In this document: positions 8,165-16,489 of the stretch, piece after piece
Numbering within the stretch: position 1 is the first letter of the stretch
How the letters are laid out: each line of letters begins with the position of its first letter
Origin: Candidatus Electrothrix sp. GW3-4
Lineage (GTDB): Bacteria > Desulfobacterota > Desulfobulbia > Desulfobulbales > Desulfobulbaceae
Direction: 5' to 3'
Length of the DNA stretch: 32,000 bases
Assembly (NCBI RefSeq): GCF_037902255.1
Contig: NZ_CP147990.1
Span: 3,390,001 to 3,422,000, forward strand
Translations under genes and position numbers: made by a program
Notes under the pieces: generated by a model
The model's database searches: none
The model's input: only the letters and a program-made list of their open reading frames with translations
Told to the model about the DNA's origin: nothing

Positions 8165-8764
8165 TCAGAGTTCACTCATACTCACCTTGCGGGTGCAGAT
8201 GCGGGCCAAAAGTTGCGGATTATGACTGATAACCAACATACCAAGTCCCCGCTCTTTGTTGATATGCAGGAGCACCTGCCAGACCTGGGCCTGACTGATA
8301 GCATCAAGCATGGCCGTGATCTCATCGGCAATAAGAAAGGCCGTTTTCGGATGCAGGGCACGGGCAATGGCAAAACGCTGGAGTTCGCCGCCGGACAGCT
8401 CATGGGGGTAACGGTTCAGCCAGGATTTTTTGATGCCTAACTGAGCAAGCAAAGAAGAAGCCGGTTTAAAAGATTCTACCAAAGAACGGCCCAGAGTCCA
8501 GCGAGGATTAAAGCCTTGTTCAGGATGTTGATTGATCAGCTGGACCGGATAAAAGCTCTTGCCGGGAACGGGAAGATGGTTGAGCCGGATTTCTCCCTCT
8601 TGGACCGGCAGATGTCCACTGAGTACTTTAGCCAGTGTTGTTTTTCCTGATCCGCTCGGAGCAATAAGCCCTGTGACTTCTCCGGGATGAAGAGTAATAT
8701 TCAGGTTGCGGAAAAGAGGGCTTCCCCCATTATAGGCAAAAGAGAGCTGAGTGACTTCAAGCAT
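8165..8764 (-). CDS. ABC transporter ATP-binding protein, NikE/DppF/OppF type
   Basis: Walker A PSGSGKTT, signature LSGGELQR, Walker B FLIADE. I chose the start at the ATG at 8764 (MLEVTQLSF), giving an ATGCTTGA 8-nt overlap with the upstream ATPase gene. The ORF-track start at 8854 is probably an over-extension. Confidence 0.85.
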   Translation of the reverse strand: MLEVTQLSFAYNGGSPLFRNLNITLHPGEVTGLIAPSGSGKTTLAKVLSGHLPVQEGEIRLNHLPVPGKSFYPVQLINQHPEQGFNPRWTLGRSLVESFKPASSLLAQLGIKKSWLNRYPHELSGGELQRFAIARALHPKTAFLIADEITAMLDAISQAQVWQVLLHINKERGLGMLVISHNPQLLARICTRKVSMSEL

Positions 8765-9551
8765 GGCCAAATCCCTCCTCAAGGATAAAACCGTTTTGCG
8801 GCAGAGCCAGATACAGTGCCTGACTGTAAGGGTCTGAGCAAATCCCCTGAGCAAAGTCTTTCGCTGTCATGGTCTCCACCAGAGTGCCCTCCTTGAGAAT
8901 AGTGACATCATCGGCAAAGGGCAGAGCCCCGCTGAGGTCATGACTGATGAGCAGGATGGCTCGGCCTTCATCAGCCAACTGGCGAAGATGGGTAAAGACC
9001 TGGTGACAATTGGCCTCATCCAGACCGGTAGTCGGTTCGTCAGCCAGCAGTAAAGGGGCCTTGCCTACAGTGGCACAGGCTAAAAGTACCCTGGTGGCCA
9101 TACCGCCGGAGAGCTGAAAGGGATAGAGACGGAGAGCAGCAGGATCAAGTCCGTAGCGTTCAAAGACCGCTTTGGTCTGCCTCTTTGCCTCTTTTCTGGA
9201 CAGGCCAGCTAAGCGGGCCGCCCGTCGTACCTGCTTGCCTACCCGCTGCAAGGGGTCCAGTCCTTCTGCTGATTGGGGAATAAGGGCTATCTCTTTACCT
9301 CGTAATGGAGCCGGATCGCGGTATTCCTTGTCGTTAAAACGGATATACCCCTGACTGGTACTATTGGCAGGTAACAGACCAAGGATAGCTGACAGAAGAA
9401 GACTTTTTCCAGCTCCGCTGGCCCCGGCCACCAGATTGATTGTACCGGGACGAACCAGTAGGGAAACTCCATTCAAACCGTTGATTTTTTGCCGATGCAG
9501 CCCGTGCTCATAGCGGCTGAAGCTGATGTGCAGATTATCTATTGCTAACAC
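8757..9551 (-). CDS. ABC transporter ATP-binding protein, NikD/DppD/OppD type
   Basis: Walker A GASGAGKS, signature LSGGMATR, Walker B LLLADEP. I prefer the GTG at 9551, which is preceded by UAAGGA with a 7-nt spacer. The ORF-track start at 9587 lies inside a 28-nt perfect palindrome. Confidence 0.8.
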   Translation of the reverse strand: MLAIDNLHISFSRYEHGLHRQKINGLNGVSLLVRPGTINLVAGASGAGKSLLLSAILGLLPANSTSQGYIRFNDKEYRDPAPLRGKEIALIPQSAEGLDPLQRVGKQVRRAARLAGLSRKEAKRQTKAVFERYGLDPAALRLYPFQLSGGMATRVLLACATVGKAPLLLADEPTTGLDEANCHQVFTHLRQLADEGRAILLISHDLSGALPFADDVTILKEGTLVETMTAKDFAQGICSDPYSQALYLALPQNGFILEEGFGHA

Positions 9552-9577
9552 GATGTGATCCTTATTTTTTTCGGGTT

Positions 9578-9605
9578 GTAGGGGCACGGCATGCCGTGCC
9601 CCTAC
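9578..9605. other. 28-nt perfect palindrome (intercistronic hairpin between nikC-like and nikD-like genes)
   Basis: GTAGGGGCACGGCATGCCGTGCCCCTAC equals its own reverse complement. It lies between the stop at 9608 and the likely start at 9551. Confidence 0.8.
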
Positions 9606-9607
9606 GA

Positions 9608-10426
9608 TTACCCCTGACTTGTTCGCGGTTGGAGCAGAACCCGCATATTCTCACCCATCAGGTCAAAGGCCTTGACCATAGCCAGCAGAGCTGCTCCGGG
9701 CAGGACCGCCAACCACCAATGACCGGTGGAGAGATGACGCATGGCCTCGGCCAGGATGATCCCCACTGCCGGTTCATGGGGTGAGAGCCCCAGGCCGACA
9801 AAGGTCAGGCCTGCTTCATGGAGGATGGCGTGGGAAAAGAGGAGCAGGAGCCCGACAAAGAATTGTGGCGCCAGATGCGGCATAATATGCTGGTGACCAA
9901 TCTGCCAGGGGCTTTTGCCAAAGCAGCGGGCATGGTGGATAAACTGGCTCTCTTTGAGTTGTAAGGTCTCCGCCCGAATGATCCGGGCCAGGCGCGGCCA
10001 ATGACTGACAGCCACAGCAATGGTGACCCCTTTCAGGCCCCCGCCGCAGGCAAAAGAAATCAGGATAAGCAACACTAAGTGAGGCAGGCTGATAAAGATA
10101 TCAATGAGCCAGGAAATGACGCCGTCAACCCAACCGCCCAAGGTACCGGCAGCGATTCCGAGGAACAGGGCCAGCAAGGCACTGGCCGCTGCTGCCATAA
10201 GGCCGGTCTGGAGACTGAGGCGCAACCCGGCAATGGTGCGCAGGAGCATATTACGGCCCATCCAGTCGGTGCCGAAAAGATGGCTGATCCCGGGTGGCTG
10301 ATTGCGCAGGGCAAGGTCCGTATGCAGGGTCTCCGGGACAAAAAAATGATGGGCAGCCACAATAGCCAGGAGAAAGGCGGCGCAACCGCCCGCTGTTACC
10401 AGGGCGCGGGTTCTCTGATGTTTCAT
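9608..10426 (-). CDS. ABC transporter permease, NikC/DppC type
   Basis: 272-aa multi-pass hydrophobic ORF of the BPD_transp_1 type, placed between the NikB-like and NikD-like genes. Confidence 0.85.
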   Translation of the reverse strand: MKHQRTRALVTAGGCAAFLLAIVAAHHFFVPETLHTDLALRNQPPGISHLFGTDWMGRNMLLRTIAGLRLSLQTGLMAAAASALLALFLGIAAGTLGGWVDGVISWLIDIFISLPHLVLLILISFACGGGLKGVTIAVAVSHWPRLARIIRAETLQLKESQFIHHARCFGKSPWQIGHQHIMPHLAPQFFVGLLLLFSHAILHEAGLTFVGLGLSPHEPAVGIILAEAMRHLSTGHWWLAVLPGAALLAMVKAFDLMGENMRVLLQPRTSQG

Positions 10427-10478
10427 GTGATTGTATATTGTCGTTGTCCCTCCCCAAAGGGGAGGAATAGGGATTATA

Positions 10479-11459
10479 CTATGATATGGTGGCCTGTTTC
10501 ATTCGTGGATCAATAACAGTGTAGAGAAGGTCTGCTATGGTGTTGCCGAAAAAGACAAACAGGGCGCTGACCAGGACAATACCTAGGAGAAGCGGAATGT
10601 CTCCGCCCAAGCCAGCCTTGATTGTGGCTTCACCCAGGCCGGGGTAGGAAAAGACCTGTTCAGCCAGGATGGAGCCGCCAAAGAGTTCTCCGAAGGTTGC
10701 GAACTGGATGGTCAGAGCGGGTAACAGGGTATGACGCAGGGCATGACGATGAAAGAGCCCCCAGGTGGATTCGCCTTTGGCCTGGGCAAAGAGGACAAAA
10801 TCACTGTTCAGCACCTCCAGCAGCTTTTGCCGGGTATGCAGGGTCACAGCGGCCACAGAGATAATACTCAGGGTAGCAGCAGGCAGGATCAGGTGGTGGA
10901 GCCACTGGCTGAAACTGACCTCAGAAGGAGCCATCCCCGGCGGATAGGCGCAGCAGACCGGGGTCCAGCCCAGCTGCACGGAAAAAATAATAACCAGCAG
11001 CATGCCCAACCAAAAGGTCGGGGTGGAGGCCAGGGTATAGGCATAGAGGCGGATGGCCCGGTCAATAAGCGAGTTTTCTTTTAATCCGGCAATGACACCG
11101 AGAAGGAATCCTATGACCCCGGAAAGCAGCCAGGCCGCACCCATCAGGGCCAGCGAAGGAAGGAAACGGCGGGCGATCACCGTGGTCACCGGTTCCTGGA
11201 AAATCAGAGATTGGCCCATATTGCCGGAAAGGATCTCTTTCTGCCAATGCAGGTAGCGTATCAACGGCGGCTGATCAAGGCCCCAGCGCTCGGCGATCTG
11301 CTGTCGCTGCTCCTGACTCATCTGGAGCATGTCCGCCCCGATATAGGCCTGGACCGGATCAATGGGCGAAAACTGGAGCAGGGCAAAGGAAAGTATGGCC
11401 ACCGCAGGCAGGATAAGGACCAGCTGGATCAGCTTTTTGCGAAGAAAGCACTTCATCAC
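10479..11459 (-). CDS. ABC transporter permease, NikB/DppB type
   Basis: 326-aa ORF with the N-terminal pattern typical of DppB/OppB permeases (..KKLIQLVLILPAVAILSFALLQFSPIDPV). The start is the GTG at 11459 or the ATG at 11456. Confidence 0.85.
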   Translation of the reverse strand: MMKCFLRKKLIQLVLILPAVAILSFALLQFSPIDPVQAYIGADMLQMSQEQRQQIAERWGLDQPPLIRYLHWQKEILSGNMGQSLIFQEPVTTVIARRFLPSLALMGAAWLLSGVIGFLLGVIAGLKENSLIDRAIRLYAYTLASTPTFWLGMLLVIIFSVQLGWTPVCCAYPPGMAPSEVSFSQWLHHLILPAATLSIISVAAVTLHTRQKLLEVLNSDFVLFAQAKGESTWGLFHRHALRHTLLPALTIQFATFGELFGGSILAEQVFSYPGLGEATIKAGLGGDIPLLLGIVLVSALFVFFGNTIADLLYTVIDPRMKQATIS

Positions 11460-13101
11460 TGCTCCTGTCCCCCTCTCCTTCCTTCTCTTTCTTCCAGTGC
11501 CAGTCCGCGATGTTTGCCGTGACAGGCCAGCCGTGACCGTGGGGTTCTATTCTGTTGGTGCCGATATCAAGACCTTTATCCACCAAATAGGTATGATCCA
11601 GATTGACGAGCCAGGCCCAAGGCGCATCACCCTGCACAGCAACTCCGGTGCTGCCGTCCCATTGGGCGGCCCGCCAGAACTTTTCCGCCTCTTCCTGATT
11701 TGCCGCAGCAAGGGCCTGATCCAGATAGGCATCTACTGTGGGATTTTTGTACAGACCCGCATTAAAGTAGCCCTGCCCGGAAACCCGACTATGATAGAGA
11801 TGATACATCTCTGTCGGATCATAGCTGCCCCAGCCAAAGAGCACGGCCTGGGCATGCTGAACCTTTCTGATCTCCTCCCAGCTCTTGCCGGAGAGCTTAA
11901 TGCGGATACCCAGGGGGGCCACCATGTCCGCCACGGCCAAGGCCAGGGATTGACGGATCAGCCGGTCAGCAGGATACAAGAGAGTGAACTCCGCAGCCAC
12001 TCCGTCCTTGTCCAGGATGCCGTCCTGATTATGATCTTCCCAACCTGCTTCTTTCAGCAAAGTTGCGGCCTTTTCCAGATCATTATCCTTAATCCTGGTG
12101 GCCTTTTCTTCCCAAGGCAGATGACTGACCGAGCCGTAGGCCGGGGTGCCGAAGCCGTTCAGCACGCCCTCAACCAAAGCCTGACGGTCTATGGCATAGT
12201 TGATGGCCTGACGAATGGCTACATCAGCGGTCACATCATTGCCCACAGGCTTGCCATTCAGGTCTTCATGACTTGCTTTCTGACGGGGAAACATGATGCC
12301 TCGATTATCCACGCTGGTCACGCGGACCAGACGCATTCCCGGCACCTCCTGACTCGCCAGAATCTGCGGCACTGCGGCCACCTGCACGGTGCCTGCCTGG
12401 GCTGCGGCAAAGGCCGTATCCGCATCAAGAAAGAGAAAGACCAGGCGTTTGATGGCCGGTTGTTTCCCGTAGTAGAGAGGATTGGCTTCAACAATGAGCT
12501 GCTGTCCCTCGTCCCAACGAACCAACTTGTACGGCCCGGAACCGACAGGATGCCGCCCGTAGTCTTTATTATGGGCATGCTTGGGAACAATGCCCAGAGT
12601 ACGCAGGTGATGAAGAAAGGTGGATCGTGGTTTGCGCAGATGAAATACAATGCTGTATTTCCCCGTTGCCTCAGCCTTCTCAAGAAAGCTTAAATCCACC
12701 AGTCCGCCGGAATTCTTGGCTGTGTTGAAGGTATAGACCACATCCTCGGCGGTGAGCGGTGTGCCGTCGGAAAAAAGGCATCCTCCCTGATGTCGACTTG
12801 CCAGGTCAAATGATCTTCGCTCACGGAATAGGCCGTGGCCAGATCGTATTCCACCTCTAACGCATCATTATAGCGGAGCAGGGTGGATTGAAAAAGCGGC
12901 GACCCGTAGCGGCCCCAGCCCATGACCGGATCATAGCCCTGTTCCTCTTCGCCTCCGACGGCAAGCATCAAAGTGTCAGGATGCGTCGAAGCGATTTTTT
13001 TCTGTCTTTTCCGGCTGCGGTTGATCGCAGCTGCAAAGCAGGAGCAGGAGAAGTATTCCGGCCAGAGTGAACAGTATTTCTTTTGCATATTTTTTGCGCA
13101 T
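11359..13101 (-). pseudogene. NikA/DppA-type (family 5) substrate-binding lipoprotein, reading frame broken twice at homopolymer runs
   Basis: Three frame segments join into one family-5 SBP:
- 13101 down to about 12995 encodes MRKKYAKEILFTLAGILLLLLLCSCDQPQPEKTEK, a lipoprotein-like signal not in the ORF track.
- The frame then switches at T7 (12994-13000) into ..IASTHPDTLMLAVGGEEEQGYDP...DIREDAFF.
- It switches again at A6 (12771-12776) into (S)DGTPLTAEDVVYTFNTAKNSGG... and continues to 11359.

This may be a sequencing artefact rather than a true pseudogene. Confidence 0.8.
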
Positions 13102-13345
13102 AATTGCTGGAGTAATCAATGTATTTCTTTCTTCATGCACCCAGTGGATCTGTCCCCGGTTCGGGAGGATGAAGAACGAACCGGGGAACAGCGCCAGCAG
13201 AGTTACAACAACAAGGTATGATGGGGTTGGTGGAGGGGACCACCATTTTATTCAGTAGAGCAGGAGTTACTCATTTTTTTTACTACTGCTGCAGTCTGAA
13301 TAATACGATTAATAATTTCGTATTATCTTTACCACAGTCTCAGCT

Positions 13346-13402
13346 ACCCGCACAATGAGGCGGAAAGCTCATTTTTTCGGGTGGAATGCCCGGAGGGCGG
13401 GT
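13346..13402 (-). promoter_or_regulatory. Conserved structured 5' leader element, copy B (most compact copy)
   Basis: The transcribed strand reads ACCCGCC-CUC-CGGG-CAUUCCA-CCCG-AAAA-AAUGAGCUUUCCGCCUCAUU-GU-GCGGGU. The closing helix ACCCGC/GCGGGU encloses two hairpins. It lies 244 nt upstream of the nikA-like ATG at 13101. Confidence 0.6.
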
Positions 13403-13538
13403 AAGGTTGGGAATTGTCAGGAAAGAAAGAGAGCCTTAGGAAAAGATTGAGCAAAGCAAAGAGCAAACTTTTTTCAGTTCACTTGCTATCCCGTTATTCT
13501 ATAAAGCGTTTCCCCCGGCGGGGCCGAGACCAAACCTA

Positions 13539-15152
13539 TAAGTAACACTAGCGTAATCCTCCAGATTCGTGTATGAAAACCACCAAAGGTGGTGCGAAGT
13601 AGGCCGACTAATCAATGGTGTCTTCTGTAGTTATGCAGGAACCCGTTCAAAAGCGTGGTCCCGGATGCAGTGACCCGAGCATTGGTGAAGCCGCATATCT
13701 TTAAGGAATGCGGATCTATCCCATTTAGAAGAAGAATATTTTTTATCACCATCCGGCCACCGCCGTTACTCAGGTTACGTAAGGGAGGTACAATAATGGC
13801 AAAGAAAAAACGAGGGAACAAGAAGAACAAGGTTGATTCTCTGCATATAATTCATCCTGCCGCCGCAGGCATTGACATCGGATCCTCGGAAATCTACGTT
13901 GCCGTATCCGATGATCATTCTGACAATCCGGTAAGACGTTTTGATACGTTCACCGAAGATCTTCATAACGCCGCAAAATGGCTGAAGGAGTGCGGTATTG
14001 AGTCAATTGCAATGGAGCCCACTGGTGTCTACTGGATTCCTGTTTTCCAGATTCTGGAGTGTTATGGCTCTGACGTTATTTTGGTTAATGCCCGGCATGT
14101 CAAAAACGTTCCTGGCCGTAAAACCGACGTTCAGGACTGCCAATGGCTTCAATATCTGCACGCCGTGGGGTTGTTAACGGGTTCTTTTCGTCCTGATCAG
14201 GATATTTGCGCGGTGCGTTCATTGCTCAGACACAGGGATAATTTAGTGAAATCAGCTTCGTCTGATGTTCAGCGTATGCAAAAGTCTCTGACGCAGATGA
14301 ATGTGCAGATCCACAACGTTATCAGCGACATCACCGGAGTGACCGGCACAAAAATCATTGATGCGATTCTTGCAAATTAGCAGATCTTCGAGATCCCCGA
14401 ATCAAAGCTGACAAGGAGACGATTGCCAAGTCGCTCACAGGCGATTATCGCCGGGAACATCTTTTCACCTTGAACCAGACAGTGGCTTCCTATCGCCATT
14501 ATCTGGAGTTGATTAGAGGATGCGACGCAGAGATTGATAGTCATCTCAAGGAATTTGAGTCACGAGTCGAGGTCGATGAGCCTCCATCTTCTTCGGGCGG
14601 ATCAAGGCGGAAACCAAAAGGCAATGGGCTAGATTTTGACGTCAAAACTCATATGCATCGACTTTTCGGCACGGATTTAACAGAGATAGACGGAATCAGC
14701 GGTTTGATGGCTCATGTATTTTTCACCGAAGTTGGGCCTGATTTATCAAAATTTAAAACCGTCGGTCATTTCTGCTCGTGGCTCGGGCTTTGTCCGAACA
14801 ATAAAATCAGCGGCGGAAAAATTCTGTCGTCTCATACCCGGCCCGGATCGAATCATCTGGCTCATGCACTTCGGCTCTCAGCCAATTCATTGTGGAACAG
14901 CAAGTCCTACCTTGGTGATTATTTTCGACGGATGCGTGCTCGACATGGGGCACCAAAGGCAATTACAGCCACTGCTCACAAACTGGCCCGAATTATATAT
15001 CATCTCGTCAAAGAACAAAAAGCTTTCGACGAAACTATTTTTGCAGAACAAGAACAGGCCCATCAAGCGCGTTTAAGGAAACGATTAGCAAAACAGGCTA
15101 AGTCTCTTGGTTTACAGCTTGTTCCGGCATAATACAGAGGTTTGTTACTTAG
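13539..15152 (+). mobile_element. IS110-family insertion sequence (boundaries approximate)
   Basis: It contains a DEDD/RuvC-like plus Transposase_20-type transposase gene. A 9-nt perfect inverted repeat TAAGTAACA (13539-13547) / TGTTACTTA (15143-15151) brackets it and is used here as tentative ends. A 9-mer match is only weakly significant. Confidence 0.6.
13796..15132 (+). pseudogene. IS110-family transposase, frame-disrupted
   Basis: RBS AAGGGAGG lies 8 nt before the ATG at 13796. The N-terminal part has AAGIDIGSSEIYVAV, IAMEPTGVYW and VNARHVKNVPGRKTD (DEDD domain). A stop falls at 14378-14380. The C-terminal part continues in another frame from 14362 (..KLADLRDPRIKADKETIAKSLTGDYRREHLFTL...CPNNKISGGK...). 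The frame switch must lie within 14362-14380. Confidence 0.85.
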
Positions 15153-15156
15153 AAGA

Positions 15157-15185
15157 TTGACTTAGGGAAAAACTCAGGCTATCGT
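15157..15185 (+). promoter_or_regulatory. Possible sigma70-type promoter for the three-gene operon
   Basis: TTGACT, a 17-nt spacer, then TATCGT, about 90 nt upstream of the ATG at 15275. This is a hexamer match only. Confidence 0.25.
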
Positions 15186-15274
15186 TTTTTATTATTTGAT
15201 GTTTTAATGAATGTTGCGTTTTTCCTGGAAAATATTTTGCTTGCTCGTATCAATTAGTAACACCAGAGGACTGT

Positions 15275-16489
15275 ATGAAGTTGGTTGAAATTAGCTGCGA
15301 AGGATACAAACCTTTCAAAACGCATCAGGAATTAATCTTGCGCCCTCTTACCGTAGTATTTGGCAAGAACAGCAGTGGAAAAACGGTTCTGCTTCGCTTG
15401 GCAAGGTTGCTACTTCGCTGTCTTTCATCAAGGGTAGAACGTAACTTCCCATTAAAAGTTGATGAACTTTCTTTTGGAGCATCATTTCGTGACCTCCTTT
15501 ATCAAGGCTTTCCACATGGAAAAATCTCTTTTTCTATCGGATTGGAATATGATCAGCAACGTTTTGAGATGGAGGCTAGTATTCAAAACATTTCCAATCT
15601 CTCAGGAAAAGATGAACAGATTGTATCTCGGTTGAAATTATCCTCACCTGCTGTTGAACTGGAGTGGGACGGGACAAGCCACAAGCCAGCTCGCTACAAA
15701 GATATTGGAGAAGTGACCTTTAATGGACTTCTTCCAGAGTCAGGCACTGATATATCTTTTTCTTTGAATAAAATTGACAAGCTGCGCCGTACTGTACGAA
15801 ATTTTGAAGATGGAATAAACCACCTTGGTGCTCAACGATCTGCTATTTCTTCTATTTACGAAAAAAAAGCCTCACAGCCCATAGGGATTGACGGCAGCGG
15901 AGCGATAAGTTTGCTTGCTGAAAATTCCGAACTGCTGGAAGCTGTTGGCGAATGGTATGTGGAGAATATGGAAGGCTGGCGACTTTCAATGGATCAGGCA
16001 GGAAGTGCGTACAAGTGCACTCTTCAACGGGGGGCTGTAACCGTCAACCTTGCTGAAGCAGGTCAAGGTATGCAACAGGCACTACCGGTTGTTGTTCTGC
16101 AACTTATGCATCGTTTCAATAACCAGGTGCCTTTTCTGGATTTAGTAGAAGAACCCGAGCTACATCTGCATCCGGCAGCTCATGCACCTCTTGCAGATCT
16201 GTTTCTTCAATCAGCAAAAGCTGGATTCGGTCAAGTCATAGTTGAAACACATTCAGAAAACTTTTTACTACGAATTAGAAGGCGTATCGCAGAAGGGGAG
16301 ACATCTCCTGAATCCGTTGCTATTTATTGGGTTGAAGATTTGGAGGACGGTTCCAGCAGAATTAGGCCAATCAAAATTTTACCGGATGGCAGTGTTGATT
16401 ACTGGCCGCCCGGTGTTTTCTCGGAAGGATACCAAGAAGTTCGTGCTATGAGCAAAGCGGCCCGCAGCAAAAAGGAAGGATTGGCATGA
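15275..16489 (+). CDS. ABC/AAA-type ATPase with DUF3696-like C-terminal domain (AAA_15/AAA_21 class)
   Basis: 404-aa ORF; RBS AGAGGA lies 5 nt before the ATG.
- Walker A: GKNSSGKT (residues 30-37).
- Signature-like: AEAGQGMQQ.
- Walker B/D-loop: FLDLVEEPELHLHP (287-300).
- H-loop: VETHS.
- C-terminal tail: ...IYWVE....IRPIKILPDGSVDYWPPGVF. Confidence 0.8.
   Translation: MKLVEISCEGYKPFKTHQELILRPLTVVFGKNSSGKTVLLRLARLLLRCLSSRVERNFPLKVDELSFGASFRDLLYQGFPHGKISFSIGLEYDQQRFEMEASIQNISNLSGKDEQIVSRLKLSSPAVELEWDGTSHKPARYKDIGEVTFNGLLPESGTDISFSLNKIDKLRRTVRNFEDGINHLGAQRSAISSIYEKKASQPIGIDGSGAISLLAENSELLEAVGEWYVENMEGWRLSMDQAGSAYKCTLQRGAVTVNLAEAGQGMQQALPVVVLQLMHRFNNQVPFLDLVEEPELHLHPAAHAPLADLFLQSAKAGFGQVIVETHSENFLLRIRRRIAEGETSPESVAIYWVEDLEDGSSRIRPIKILPDGSVDYWPPGVFSEGYQEVRAMSKAARSKKEGLA

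Noticed and set aside
13346-13402. Reading the conserved A-rich AAAAUGAG segment as a sigma70 -10 box or operator (a DNA-level element).
   Set aside because: No acceptable -35 hexamer lies at 16-18 nt in any copy. Substitutions preserve pairing only as minus-strand RNA (G-U rather than A/C). A protein-binding palindrome is not fully excluded.
13541-13548. GTAACAC / GTGTTAC heptamers (13542-13548, 15257-15263, 6879-6885) resembling NikR-box half-sites as I recall them (GTGTTAC-N13/14-GTAACAC).
   Set aside because: No properly spaced partner half-site exists at any location. A 7-mer is expected several times by chance in 32 kb on both strands.
13655-13795. N-terminal extensions in the ORF track: 13655 for the transposase, 21417 for the receptor, 24785 for hom, 21709 for the beta-helix protein, 28607 for hemC, 27418, 8854 and 3288.
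   Set aside because: Internal starts have proper RBSs, signal peptides or the canonical family N-termini. The extensions overlap leaders or hairpins and have no family similarity.
15143-15263. AGTAACAC direct repeat (13541-13548 / 15256-15263) as an alternative IS boundary or target duplication.
   Set aside because: An 8-nt match between two regions of several hundred nt is expected by chance. I kept only the 9-nt inverted repeat as a tentative boundary, with low confidence.
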